A stretch of DNA of 62,319 nucleotides, counting the filler, from Choristocarpus tenellus KU-1152 (lineage: Eukaryota; Protista; Phaeophyceae): the NCBI GenBank assembly GCA_964200185.2. It is 8 parts of 8 records of this genome, joined end to end, with 100 filler letters (N's around TTAATTAATTAA, not from the genome) between each part and the next. Parts side by side here need not be neighbours in the genome. Positions count along the whole stretch, not along the records: positions 19,382 to 31,469 come from CAXNAD020001983.1; positions 31,570 to 43,693 come from CAXNAD020001967.1; 6 more parts are not named here. One strand, 5' to 3'. The notes below the pieces were generated by a model. That model was not told the DNA's origin and made no database searches. It saw only the letters and a list, made by a program, of their open reading frames with translations. Below are positions 28,201 to 41,500 of the stretch, one piece after another; within the stretch, counting starts at the first letter, position 1, and every line of letters starts with the position of its first letter. The position numbers and the translations under genes were made by a program.

Positions 28201-31200
28201 GAGGTCTCAAAGCAACACATTAACTTTTAGCATTAACTATTAGGTGTGGTTCACAACACAAAAGGGAAGAGCAACAAAGTGTAACTGAGACCATGATTGC
28301 CTGTTCCACGAGATATGTAAGAGATGGCACGGCGAAGAAGATAGGTGCTAGGGGAATGAAAAATACTTCCAAGAAAAATCCAGTTGAGAATTGATTTCCG
28401 CTGTTTTGATACCAAGTTTTGATAGTTTGTATTGATTGTTTTGTCAACAAGTAAACCAACAATGGACTACCAAAGTATACAATGCCACTTGATAAAAAAG
28501 TGAAGATCTAAATGCAAAATCCAATGTTCATGGGGACATCACTAGGCTATAGACACCACCATGTAGTGCAGTCCTCCATGTAGTCATGTAGTATGTTCAA
28601 CAACCATGTAAGATATTCACATACAGAAGATGAATCAGGCACCATCAACCACCTCTTACATCCCCTCTTCAAAGACAGAAATCATATGCCATAGGAGTCA
28701 ACAAGGAATAACCTGGGAGGTGACTGTTCTTCTCACTGTACTGTTGTACTATGTGTGACATTGTGACAGCACTGCACCATCAGGTGTAGCTCAACGATTA
28801 CAGCTAACCGGTCTGACCCTTTCTACCCAGACTGGCTCTATTCCTTACCGTGACACCCTTTGGCTTCAGTTGTCGGTACATATCATCAAAGGCATCTGTC
28901 TGTATTTTACGTGACACGCGGAACACTGGTACATCCATGCTAGCCTCCATGTTCTTGGCGACTGCTTTCTGCATTCCATCCATCGCCTGACAAAGTACAC
29001 ATGTAGACAGTGAAGAGAACACCTATGGGTCTTTGCATGCCTCAAGACAACACACCACTCACTGCAGTCCACAAACATCAGTCCACAAACATCAGTACCA
29101 ACATCATCGCTGCGTTGTCATCAAATGTACATGGCTACTAACATCATGAATTTTGAAAAGTTCAGAATACTTCACACAAAACCCATTTATCAACACATGA
29201 TCACTGGTCAGTCAATACTGCAAAGACTATAGGTGTGGATAGGTGTGGATAGGTAGAGATAGGTAGAGATAGGTATGGAGAACGATACTCCTCGAGCATA
29301 CTACAGTCGGGCTTGTGGGGTGGTATATTGGTATATTTCGACTCCACACTACACAAACTGTTAAGCACTACACACATTATTGCACGATGTGCAAAAAGAG
29401 GCACAGTAGTTGAGATTCAGATGGCATTTTGCATCTGACATTCAGGATGCCCTCCTCTATTGTCCTCATGTACCCTAGTCTACTGCATTGGGACAACATA
29501 AGGTATACCTTAGGACCATCAGGAAGATCAGGCGCCTCCCTCGTAAACACTTCAGCCACTGGTTCTTCCGCCACCTTTCCCTTGGGAGCCTGCCCAAGAG
29601 CAGTCAATACATCACCTTCAGTCACTCGTCCAAAGTTACCACTTCCAGCTATCTTGTTTAGGTCTAGACCCTTACTCTTCGCCAGAGCACGTGCCCTAAG
29701 AAGTACAGAGGCATGAATAAATAGGAGACAAAGTCATGAAGAGGCGTTCTCAGCAGTTGCATCACAGTGGTATTAATTTATTATAAATTACTACTGTATT
29801 GGCAGTTCAGGTCCAAATAAAACCTGATGAGCAACCTTGACTTAGTGGTTAAAGAGGATCTGGTGTTCCCTGCATTGAATTAACGGGTTCAAACCCCAAC
29901 GAAAACAGACTTGTAGGTGTGTAAGGGTGTAAAGGGTGTTAAGGATGTTGCTGAGGGCCTAAGAGGTAAGGTAAGGGGAGAGGAGTGTGATAAGGTGTAA
30001 AATTGAAACACAACCTTGGTGTCAATCTTTTTGGGGGGATGGGGCACTGGAATCAAGCATCTCAAAAAGCAAACAAGCACATGCAAACACACAGATGATA
30101 TTCCACTTAAAATCGTTCTAAACAATGGCTGTTGCTTGGGCAATCAAAAATCTCCACCTCACTTTGCACTAATGTTGTGCAGTAATGTTGGGGGGAGTCA
30201 CAAGAATAAAATTACATTACATAGTTATATTATCACTCAGTGACATCAACACCATCAGAAGGGGTGGAAGAACAAGGGTTACAACAAGAAATGAACTTCA
30301 AAAACATTATCTTAAAAAGGTATGATACCCCTTTCATTTGACCACTCACTAGCCATTACTGTAGGTTGAATTGGTTGGGATGATACCCTTATATTCATTA
30401 AGTAGATAAAATAGGAAGAAATACCAACAACCAAAAAGTCTTACAAGTACCAGAATTACTTTCTCATCTCACCCTAGCAGCCACCCTACACACTGTCACA
30501 ACCTCAAGAAGAAGAGATACATGTTACTCTACACCAGAGGAGATTTAGAATATTTAAGCCCGACCAACACCCTACCCTATCCTATCTTACAAAGGCTGTT
30601 CAAAAGAAGGAAGACATGACCAACAACCCACACAAGGTATCCATCACCTGGGGGTAGCAGCCATCACACCGGGACCTGGAGTCCATGAAGGCTTGGCAGG
30701 CGCAGGTGTAGCTCCTGTTGCTCCCCCAGGCGCAGCTGCAGCTGCAGCCACATCACGACCAACAACACGTCCCCCGGGACCTGTGCCACTCAATGCCGAG
30801 AGGTCAATCCCCTGTGCCCCACCCTCCTTCTTAGCAAACCCAGAAGCCACCACACGCCCCCCTGAGCTGGCTACAGGGGGCATAAGATAAAGGCACAAAG
30901 AGGGTCACTCCTTGCTTGCTAGCAGAGTGGCAAAATAAAAAGAATAATTGCCAAATTACCATATTACCATAGCCATTTTATAACACAAAATAAAAAGATG
31001 CAACAAAATGCAACAAGACACGGTATGCTCATCCAGAAGAAGCTATTTGATTCCATTTGTCAACAACCAATGGTATCCCTTCATCCTTCGTCAAGCAACT
31101 TCTGCTCTCTTAGCTCTCTCACCCACAGCAGAGGACGTGACTGCCGCAGGAGCTGTAGGTGCAGGAGATGGCTCAGCCTCTACAGGGGGTGCAGCAGGAA

Positions 31201-31320
31201 TTCCAGCCCCTGATCCACCATCCTTAAGCTGCTGGGCATAGGTCTCGAGAGCAGGAATATCTGCCTCTGTGGGTGCCAATAGACCAATAGCCGATCCCAC
31301 AGCTTGAGATTGTCCCTCAC
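24240..31320 (-). CDS. Dihydrolipoamide acetyltransferase (E2) of plastid pyruvate dehydrogenase, 5'-partial, 8 exons visible
   Basis: Exons 31320-31123, 30870-30648, 29695-29509, 28986-28849, 28006-27851, 26119-25987, 25270-25174 and 24372-24240 join in frame. They encode the end of a lipoyl domain (EGQSQAVGSAIGLLA), two E3-binding domains, and the catalytic domain (NIAMAVAIDGGLITP, GTFTITNLGMFG, TITCDHRHIYGADAAEFL). The DHRxxYG form is typical of cyanobacterial/plastid E2. Confidence 0.95.
26651..26873. repeat. 45-bp minisatellite, ~5 copies, inside an E2 intron
   Basis: Unit ccaatagatgaaaccatgttaatcataatcaaactattaacact(c/t) repeated head-to-tail. Confidence 0.95.
28164..28199. repeat. (CAG)n microsatellite, intronic
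   Basis: About 12 CAG units. Confidence 0.9.
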
Positions 31321-32198
31321 CTTTTGAGTTGTGTGCACATAAGAGATTGCTATTTCAACAAATATCAAGTAGACCACACCTGCTAACAAAACAAAACCTA
31401 TTACTAGCAAATATATTGGCTAGAACTGCACTGAACCCCTTCCCCCCCCCCCTTTGCCAATAAAAAACANNNNNNNNNNNNNNNNNNNNNNNNNNNNNNN
31501 NNNNNNNNNNNNNTTAATTAATTAANNNNNNNNNNNNNNNNNNNNNNNNNNNNNNNNNNNNNNNNNNNNCCCCCCTTTCTGGAGGTGTGAGAGAGCCATG
31601 CCTCACGCTGACCCTGCCAATACCCTGTTCTGCCACACTATAGGCGAGAGAATACAGCAGTCCTGGATCTCGAAGCTCTGCCAGGGACAAGGCGTCGGCG
31701 GGTCTGCCGAAACGCGGTGTGGGGGTGGGGTGGAGAAGGGGAAGTTGGGGTCTTCGTGGTCTTCGTTACCGGTATGGCTAGGTTACCAGATTGCATAACT
31801 GCTGAAGTTTACTTCCGCATTTACAGTAGTGAGCATAACGTTCAGATCCTGGGAGATAATGAAAAATGTCATTTGCGGAGAAGTGAGAGGTGATTTGAGC
31901 ATTGATTACCTGCTAGTTCCCATGTTCGTCGACTTTGTCGAGGTTTCTATGCAGAAGCGAAAACACACAATGCAATCCGTAAGGCGACTTTCGCTTGGGC
32001 TAGAAGACACAGTTGCAACCCACAAATGGCAAGCTTCACTTTTCAAACAAAAGCCATTCCACAAGAAGACACTAGCTCTTCACGGAACATATGGTTTAGA
32101 CACAATCCCAGAGAACAGTTACTTCAACACAAACAAGTATGCCTCCTCAGCATACACAACATGATCCATCACAGTTATCCAATAGCATCAGGACTTAC

Positions 32199-32584
32199 CC
32201 AGCTGTACTAGCACTACTACCCTTGAACTTGCTTCTCGCCCAGTCAAGGAGTACCTCATCGGACGACAATATCTCCATATGTTGTCCACCTTCAACCATC
32301 ACTTCTCTGCCGTCCAAAACTACTTCATCGCCTACGGTGTCAGGGATTTCCTCTAGCTTCTCCGTTCTAGCGTCAATAATAAATGGAGCAGGTTCATCCT
32401 CTTCGTTCTCGTCTGCACTCTCCTCGTCCCATGCACGGGCCCAATCATTGAAACCCCCTAAACTTCCACCCCTGCCAGGGGTGAGGATGAGGTCACCTCC
32501 CCCGTAGTCATCGGTTTTCATAGAGCTCTCCACATTCCCTTCCCTTGATTCGGGTTCCCCCTTGAACACAATATTCTTCTGCAT
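32199..32584 (-). CDS. Probable first exon of an unidentified acidic protein (gene continues toward the gap)
   Basis: 129-codon ORF with protein-like acidic composition (WARAWDEESADENEEDEPAP), ending at a strong GG|GTAAGT donor. It is divergent from the gene starting at 32952. Confidence 0.55.
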
Positions 32585-32951
32585 TCAGCCCTGCAGCTGG
32601 CTTCGCCAGCACCGAGTGATCGCTCAACGTTCTATGGTGTTGTTTTTCGACAATGGTGTTGACTACAAAATCTATTTTTAGAGGTAGAGTCCTAACCCTA
32701 ATAACGCCAAAGAAGTTTCTTTTGCTGGTTTTTGAATTTGATCCTTCCTCACTACAGCTATATGTAAGTGATACTATGTAGTTTCCTATATTTGTCTTTT
32801 GTCTCTACTCTGTTATCTCCACATTCCCTCGTCTATGGTTTCGCTATGCAATAGTAATACCAACCCCCTCACAGGGAAAATCCGTGTTGATACTGCTATT
32901 TGCTAGTCTCCCAGTACTTTCCTCCATCAAGGAATTCATTAATGCCTAGAG

Positions 32952-35900
32952 ATGTCTAGTAGGGGGGAAGTGGAGGGGGAGGATGGTTGGATGCCGAGGA
33001 CAGCAGCCCACCCAGGTTGGAAGAAGCCTGGCGGAAGCAGGGTGCAAAGATATGAGAACTCGCGGAAACCACTGAGGCGCGATGAAGAAACAAAGAAAGG
33101 GCAGAGTAACTCTACGGTGTCGGATTCTTGCAAGGAAAGGATCCTCAGGTTGGTGTAGTCACTACATATTTCGAGTGGGCAGAGGTTCCCGCGTAGATTT
33201 AAATGAGACCATGACGATGGACCAATAGATTATCGTCTATTGCAACCTTTCCTGCATATCCCAATCTTGTAGCGGACTCTCTCTGTTGTTAATGAGAACA
33301 AGGGCAAATGTAAGCACCTTACGAAACACACATTGGTAACAAAGTACATCAAACATTTTGAACTTCATAATTTGGTGCCCTCTCCACCTTCCTCCCTTTA
33401 TCCTATTCTTCCAACCAAGGTGTATGTATACAAAGCAAAAAACGAAGAAACGCAAGAGTTGGTCAGATGGGGCTGCTCACTGCTGCCCAAAGCGTCTACG
33501 TGTCCATCTTTACCGATGGAGTGAGGTTCTTGGATCGACAGGGGCACTACTCGGAGAAGTGTACCTGTCCGCTCCGGAGTACCAGGCCTTTGTGGGCAAA
33601 GCTGAACCAGAACTCGAGATGGAACAGTAAGTTTTAAATTGCTTTCGCTCCAAATGATGTAGGGGCTGGTGATCGTACCATCAGCAGGTGGGTATGAGTT
33701 AACCCTCACAATATGGTTGGCCAGGGTTGACTGTGTTGATAAGATTGACTGGTAACGTCAGACTGATGAATAGGTGGGGAGTAAAAGCACTTGCACGCAT
33801 TGTACTTGAACTTGTGTAGGGGGGGGGGAACAGATTGCTGCTACAGAACCATGGTGTTCTTGTTGGATGAGACTAGGGTTAGGGTTGTGCTTGGGTAAGT
33901 TTTGTTTTTTTCAACTGCTTAGTGAAGAGACACAGATTGCTCAGCAATCATCGTAAAAAAAGTGCGTCCACATTTAGGAACATTTCACAGGATTGGTAAT
34001 CTGCTTGGGTGAGTGTTAGAGTTTGACATGTTTTCTCAACAAGAGTTTGCAACTATTAATATATGGAAGACTTTGCTATTCCACTAAATCCCTATTCCAT
34101 GAATGTTTGAACAACATAATCGGTTCATTGACTTGGTGAAACACTCAGGTTACCAACGATCCTTCACAGATTTGCATTACCACATCCACTCTCTCCCCTC
34201 ACTTTCCTGCTATATGCTATGCACCCCACCAGGTTCATTGTGTCACTAGATGGAGTAATTGAAGACAGCCCTTCACCTGCAATGAGAGATGCTTCTGCAC
34301 CCTCTAATCCTAACTGTGGGAGCACTATTATAGGAGGCATGTACAAGCGGAAGACAGTCCTCAGACCCTTCAAACCACCTGCAAGGAGAGCCCCACCAGT
34401 GCCCACCTCACTCTCAGGGTTACCCAATGCAAGAGGTGAAGCGCCAAGAGGTGGTTATGGGAGGGGTGAGCACACAGGGTTTGCCCCCTACAAAGCACCT
34501 TGTGTGATCAATAATGGGTTTGGTGAGGTGGAACCTCTGTGGGATGATGACAATGATGGAAACATCGTCACACCAAAGACATTGTATTCCAGTCAGGGGG
34601 GAGTGGTGGAGAAGGGAATGTGGGGGACGGAGGAGGAGCTGGGTCAGGGACCACGGGAGGGGAAATTTTGTAGTGGTAGGGGGTCGATAATTGTGCGTGG
34701 TGAAGGGTCAGGCTATGAGGGTGTTGATGAGCTTGCAAGGGGGGCAAGTCCAGGCGATCGGGGCACAGTTGTCTCAGATGCTGGCACAGGTATGTTGACA
34801 GGCATGATGGGCATGCTTGATGGCAGACAAAGAGCATTACCAGTGCAGGCCAAACCTAGTGAGAACCAGGCATGCCCAGAGGATTGCTTTGCTGGGGAAC
34901 CCTACAGCAGGACCACCTTAGAAAATAGAGGACAGGGTGCATGCGCAGATTCCAACCTTGGCTTTGAGTTAGACTTTGGGTCAAAATCAATGACAGGACA
35001 AGACTTTGCCCATGTGGAAGGAGATCCAGTAGGGGTAGTAACTAGGCAAAGGTTTGGGTCAGGATTGGGGTTGGATCAAAATCAGGAGCAGGTTGTTGGA
35101 GTCCAACTTGAAAGTAGAGGTGACTTGGCCAATTATGAGGGGGAGAGGGGAGGTGGAGAAGAGGCTGGTCTTGGCTCTGTTGTGGAGGAAGGGGGTGGGA
35201 CTAGGGGGGTGAGGTCTACTGCTGATATTCTGTCTTTATTTGATGGTGTAGCAGACACTGCCACATCTTCAGCAAATGGGCTACCCCCACTCTCTCCTTC
35301 TGACGTAAATGATGGAACTCTGGTGAGGCCATTTGTTGGTGGGGTACAAAGAGGTAGACACCACTGTAGCACAGCACCATCTCAGGGGCAGAGCCGATGG
35401 ACAGGGCTTGATGAAGAAGGAGAAGAGCAAGTGTTGACTTTGTCACTGCAAGTGCAAGATGGGAAAGCGCAAGGTTTGGAGACTCAGCTTGGGCTGGAGT
35501 TGCAGGGACAACAGCAGGGTGTACTTCGAGACAAGTTTTCTGATGAAATAGATGTAGGGATATTGGGGCCTGAGACTCGAAGAGGAATGTCACCCTCATC
35601 ACTTAAGGGGGCACGACCCATTAGTAGTGAAGGAAAAGCATATTTTGCCTGTGCCGCAGGTGAGAGCGAGGGACATGGCAAGGGGGATGATACCCCAGTG
35701 CCTGGGCAAACAGAACAAGCAGCAGTGATGAGGTCGGTGGAATGTTCAGGAATGAAAGCAATTGAGAGGGGAGAAGACACAACTAGCAGGAGCGGGACTG
35801 AACTTGCAAAGAAGGATGTGATGCAAAGTGGAGTGGGGACTGGTGCAGACACTCGTTTGCTATGTGCTGTGTGTGGGGTGCAGTACCCCTCTTCTATCTC

Positions 35901-36582
35901 AGTGTGCCGAATCTGTGGAGCTCAGCTCCCTGATATCCCAACCACAGGGTCCCGATATCTACTGCCAGAGCTTGCACACTCTGGCGTGGTTAGGAATGGC
36001 CAACACGTTGGTCAAAGCAGTGACAGGGACCTGGTAAGGTGTGGCAGAGGAAGTAGCGTTGGTTGTGAGGGTGGCAAAGGTGGTGGAAGTGAGGGCACAA
36101 ATGGGAGTGATGGCATTGTCAAACAACACAATATAGCATCTCAGGAGTCCTTCCTCCAGTCCACCCTAGCTCCTGCAAGGAATGCAAACACGGTGAGGTT
36201 AGCTGAGGGGAATGTTCAAAGGATCAGCAGTGGCAGCATTGCAAGAGAAGGTGGTACTGAGGTTGAGGAGGCTCCAGACAGTGCGAGACGCCCTGAGGCA
36301 AGCACATCAACAATGTCGGAATCTATCACTGCCATTGGACAGCAAGCGCAACCTCAGTCACATGCACTGCATCCAAGAACTCTTACACCCTCTGACACTT
36401 CTGGTGCTGCCGGAGATGTAGAAGGTACACTCACCAAGATAAGTGCTCCAGTAATCACAAGTGCCATTGCTACCCCTGGAAATGCAACAGCCTGTCAAAC
36501 CCAAATCCAAACCACTCGCCGACCATTCTCGAGCATGGTGATGGACATTGGATCTTCCTCCTCATCAGACAGTGAGGGCTGA
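32952..36582 (+). CDS. DUF2439 (ZGRF1/Mte1 N-terminal domain) protein with long disordered tail and C4 zinc ribbon, ~917 aa, 3 exons
   Basis: Exons 32952-33148, 33420-33626 and 34233-36582 join in frame (2754 nt). LRCMYTKQKTKKRKSWSDG matches the DUF2439 start (YxCLYTxQKxKKxKxWxDG). The tail contains RPFKPP and CAVCG-x8-VCRICG. Confidence 0.8.
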
Positions 36583-37200
36583 GGGGTTGAGGCTGAAGAT
36601 GCCCTTAGGTCCACTGCAGTAGTGATCCATCAATTTCCATTAATCAAGCAATACAATAGGATGGTCTACCTTGGCCACCAACTAGTGAATGCAAGTCCTA
36701 CTTTAATTTATTGCAGTTACTCTCTGAGGAAGATAGTTTCCTAGATTTAGCTCACAGGCATTCTATCATGAGCCCTCCATAGGTTTACCAGCTCCGGCCC
36801 CTGGACCCTTGTGGTTGCTACTTTATTTTTTGAGTCTTTTCTACTCCTTGGCCACAGTACACACCTTTCTTCCCCCCCCCCATTATCCTGTGTTCTCCTC
36901 CAAATAATTTCCTCCCTAAACCCTTGACCCTGTTCCTAGGATGTAGTCAATTGGCTAGGCTAGATTAGATGCTGTACTGGGCAGGTGCTTTAAGGAAACG
37001 AAAAGAGACAAGTAAAGCAAATATTTGCGGAATCAAACAGTATCCAGGACAATCTTAAAACGTTGGAAGCTTCTGTTGATAATAGTGGCAAGGATGGCTC
37101 TGGTAAGAGGTCACGCAATATCAAAATATCTTGCCGCCCAAGGATCAGCACACAAGAGGTTCACTTTTATCAAAGTAGACGACACATAAGCCAAAGTAGT

Positions 37201-37458
37201 GAGTCAAAGTATCTCAGAGGGTAGGGTCGCGTCCATTTGGGGGCCGAAATCCAATGTTACGATTTTAATGTAATTTTGGCCATCTTGTTTGTTAGGAAGT
37301 GTCAATATCCTTGTTCTAGGCACACCTCTTCATAACATATACGATTTTACCTACTCCTCAACATTTTAATGGAGGAAAATGTCATTAAAAAAAAAGGGAA
37401 TCCAAGCGCCAAATGGACAAACAAAGTAAAACTCGTACCCTCTAAGATACTTTTACTC
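37201..37458 (+). mobile_element. MITE family A, complete copy (258 bp), TSD AGT
   Basis: TIRs gagtcaaagtatctcagagggta / taccctctaagatacttttactc; agt at 37198-37200 and 37459-37461; colinear with the 21889 copy. Confidence 0.9.
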
Positions 37459-38554
37459 AGTTTGAGCCCTTCAACTATGGCTTAGGCTTAAAGTTAGTTT
37501 AGAGTATGTAACGTAAAGGTCAGAGATTGTTCCATGTGTATCAGTAGTCTAGGAATACACTTGGAAGATCATTTGGTACTATGTTTTTTCCCCATAGCAC
37601 CATGTTCCTCAATGTTTTGCTCCACACACTTTTACTTCCATCCCCTGCACCTTTTTCTTTTGATGAGCAACCTTGTGCATTGTGGGATCATTTGTTTCCA
37701 CCACTAAGAAATGGTACTACAACTACTTGTTACAAATTTCAAGTCATATTTTTAATTTTTTTTTGTGATGATCGGGGATCATAAATCCCAAGGCAAAATG
37801 AATGGCATGTTCTGAGGTCTTGATGACGCCGAAATTTAGGGGATCAAGTGTGGTCTTGGAGCAGTATTGGATGTTCTAATTCATCCATATCATTGAGAAA
37901 GGTTACTCACAAGTACTTGCTCTTGTGTAGGATCTTTCATTACATGTCATATACAGGAATTTCTACTTAATGGTACAGTAGAGTCGCAACATAGATACCA
38001 AAACATGGGTACCAAAAACAGTCACACCATTGTCTACCCAGGTAGTTGCATGCTGTGTAGACTTCCCTACAAACTGGGCAGTCAAGAGCGGCAATATCTA
38101 GGAGCTGGTATTTTACTTGTTCAAAACATTTAGTTCTTGGTCCAAAGCAGCCCAGTGAACTTCAAGGTATTGAATCAGAGTCGGCAGTGCAAATGTTGTG
38201 GGTGCACATCCACATTTTGTGTGTATTAACCTTGATTAGGATGTGCCCGTAATCTCCTGCGGTGGAGATGTATTTCCCATAACTGACTGCACAAAAAAAT
38301 AAAAAATGGTCACACAAAATCGGTGAGATTGCAATCTCTGTTGCACCACTCACTACAATTCCAAACTGCTCTGACCATTTGCCGTTCTGCGACTTGTTAC
38401 AGAGTGGCCCAGGTAACAGCAGTCTAGTATGGAATGGTATTACACACTCTGTATTAAGAAGGGATGTGCTTGCTTTGCATGTAAAGATATTGCATTATTG
38501 ATACTATTATTATTGGAAGTACCAGGGACATGGATCGGACAGTAGGATATCACT

Positions 38555-41500
38555 TCACACCCTGAACTCCGTACGCATTGCCTGCACTCTTCTTCGCATA
38601 TCATCGTGCAATAGCTCCAGGGCCTCAAGCTCAGAGTGCTCAGCTCCTACAGTCCTTTCCCCCCCTAAAACGCCACCAAGAACATGAGTGCCATCACCGC
38701 CAACACCCTTTGTTGTTCTGCAGCGGGCTCCTCTACCCTTCTCCTGAGCAGGAGTCGGTTTCCCCTTGAGCGAATGAGCTCCTTCCTGACTGCTGCACTG
38801 ACCATTGCCACTTGGAGTTGAGACACCGATGCCAGCAGTGGCTGCTGAGGCAGTAGAATTTGCTTGGCGGTCAGCCACTCCCATAGGACAGGGGGAAGGT
38901 ATGTTCAAAGGGTGTCCTCCTTGGGGAAGAGGTATTCTCCTTGCAAACTCCAGTGCCCTTGAGCGGGCGGATGGAACGTGTTTTGCTATACGTTTGAATG
39001 GTGCATGTCCAGTACCTTGACCCCCCACCGCTGAAGCGAGAGCAGCCTCTTGGTTGATCTTGCGAAGGTTTTGTGAGAACTCCTTGACCCTTTCGGCATT
39101 GGCACGCTTTTTTGTAGCAAGGGAGGGAAACAGTGGAGCAAGGTAGAGAGGGGAGAGGAGAGGAAAGGAGAGGATGGTAAGAGTGGAGCATTTTCTGCAA
39201 CAAAAAAAGAGCGGACATTTTTTGGTGGGCGTGCAAATGAATGTGACCAACGAAGAATTTCTGAACTGTCATACCTGGAAAAAAGCAAAAAAAAAAGGTT
39301 GGATAGTGATGGTACATGCACATAATACCAAAGTTGACGGGTATCGGATGTGTCATAGTAGAATGGGCTTTATATGCATAAAGAAAGAACCTGTGTTGAA
39401 TCAATAGAATAGCTACATTATAAACTATCCTGCACCCTGCCAATCATGGAATCTCTCCTCTGAAGAATGCCTTCCTTAATATAGCGCTCCAAGAAGTTGC
39501 TGCTGGACCTCACCACGCATCATAGAGTTCAAACTTTTGTGTTGATTGTTGATACCAACCGTGATGGAAATAGTGAGAGTCAAAGGTCACTCGCTCCAAA
39601 GGCAGGAGTGGCATATGATAGTGTTCTCCTGGTGTCGAAGGGTGTTAAAGACAAGCAAGGGGAAGAGCATATTGTTCTCGCAAGGCAATGAAAAACATTC
39701 CTGTATTCAACTTGTTGCAGCACACACAACCTGTCAAGAACTTACGGCAATTTTACAGATTTTCAGAATCAAAGATGAGATTTATCCATCGACACTTTCA
39801 GTTGTCATCACCTGGGCCACCTGGCACTCAGAATATCAACAACGAGCACCACAATCTGGACTGAAGTGTCGCTTAATGCTAACAAAAACATCAGCTTGGC
39901 ATCTCCTACCTTGGCCACAAGCTCATCAGTCTGCAGATCAGGTTGCAACTTCCCCAGTTCCACATATCCCTTTGGCTGTCTGTCTTTGTACTCCTTTAGT
40001 GTGCATGGAACATATTCTACAGGGCGTGCCTTCTTGCTGAAGAGCAGGAGATCGCCAGGAGTCTTCACAAGGGCCTCATTGAGCTCCTTAGCAGACTTTG
40101 GAACGTGTGTATGGGGTTAGGGGTTTCCATGGGAGGTGGTAAGGTCCGGTAAGTGTCCTTGTGTGCAGCTTGCTGCAATTGACTTGAGCTGCGATAGTGC
40201 AGTAGGGTGGCTTACGAAAAAGTGTGATGTGGTTGTGAGGTTGGATAGACCAGGTACGGTATTGATTCACACTTCTTGCATCACACACATGGTGTGTGCT
40301 GAGGGGGACAAAGGCAACTATAAGCTTTTCACTATGTCGTGGATACTGGAGAGCCTTCTGTAAAATTTTATTAACAGTACAACAGTCAACAGATAACAAA
40401 GATGTGCTGCAGCTGTGGGTTAAAGGAAGCATTGCCCTCTGTAACGTACTTCAGGGTCGATCATCATGTTTTTACTCTTGGTGACTTGAACTTCAACATC
40501 GTCGTCGCATTGACTCCTTGTCACTCAATCAATAAGTCAAACTAAACCATGACCTTCTGTACAGCTGGTGCCTAGTATCTAGAGTTGTGATCCGAGTATC
40601 CTCGACCTGATTTGTTTGTAGTTACCATACAAAACTGTTGGAAAAGAACAGCAAGCAAACCTATTCCTGTATCCAAAGGCCCCTCGCCATCACTACATCC
40701 ATGTTCACCTATGTGCCCACTTCTCTCCTCCAGCTCTACATTCACATATACTGCATCATGTGTCCACCCACATCCCCCAACTTGGATTCGGAACAACTGG
40801 AACATATCCTCTCATCACCCCTCTACACCCAGGCCTATTGCAGTCGCATACTGCATCCAGATATGAGCCAAACCCACTTGGATTCCTGTAATAATAAGGT
40901 GGTGCTGGTGTGAGGCCAGGAATGAGATAGCAATGTTTGCTCACATGTTTGCTTGCTTGAAGGCATGCCTGACCAGTATGACCCCAAGCAGGCCTGATGT
41001 GATGCGTTGGCCAAACAATTGTCCCTCTTAATAACCAAATTAACACACTAATACAATCCACCATATGGCCCATACACCTCCAGATCGGATAGTTAGAGTG
41101 GGCTCACAAAATCCAAGTCAATGCCAATGTTCTTGCAAAGTACACCTATGAGTCCTTGAGACTAACCGAAAAGCAGTGACTTATATGCAAGCCTTCATAT
41201 TCTGTTTTCATATTTTCTCCGGCCCAGTCAGACTACAAGTTGATCTTCGTGTATTACTACCCCAAAATTCAATGAGAAATGTTAGTTGACCCAATCATAT
41301 ATTCATTTTTTTCGATTTTGGTACTCCTGAACCAAATTGACGAATCATAGCACAAACCACGTGGTCTGAATATCTCAAATCTGTTCCTATCTCGAATCTG
41401 CTGCTACAGAGAGTTGTGTTTAGTCCCATTTCCCCAACTGAATCTTCTTTTCTCACCAGCCTAGCTCTTTCTGGAGGCTCAGCGGCTGCTCGCCCTTGGC

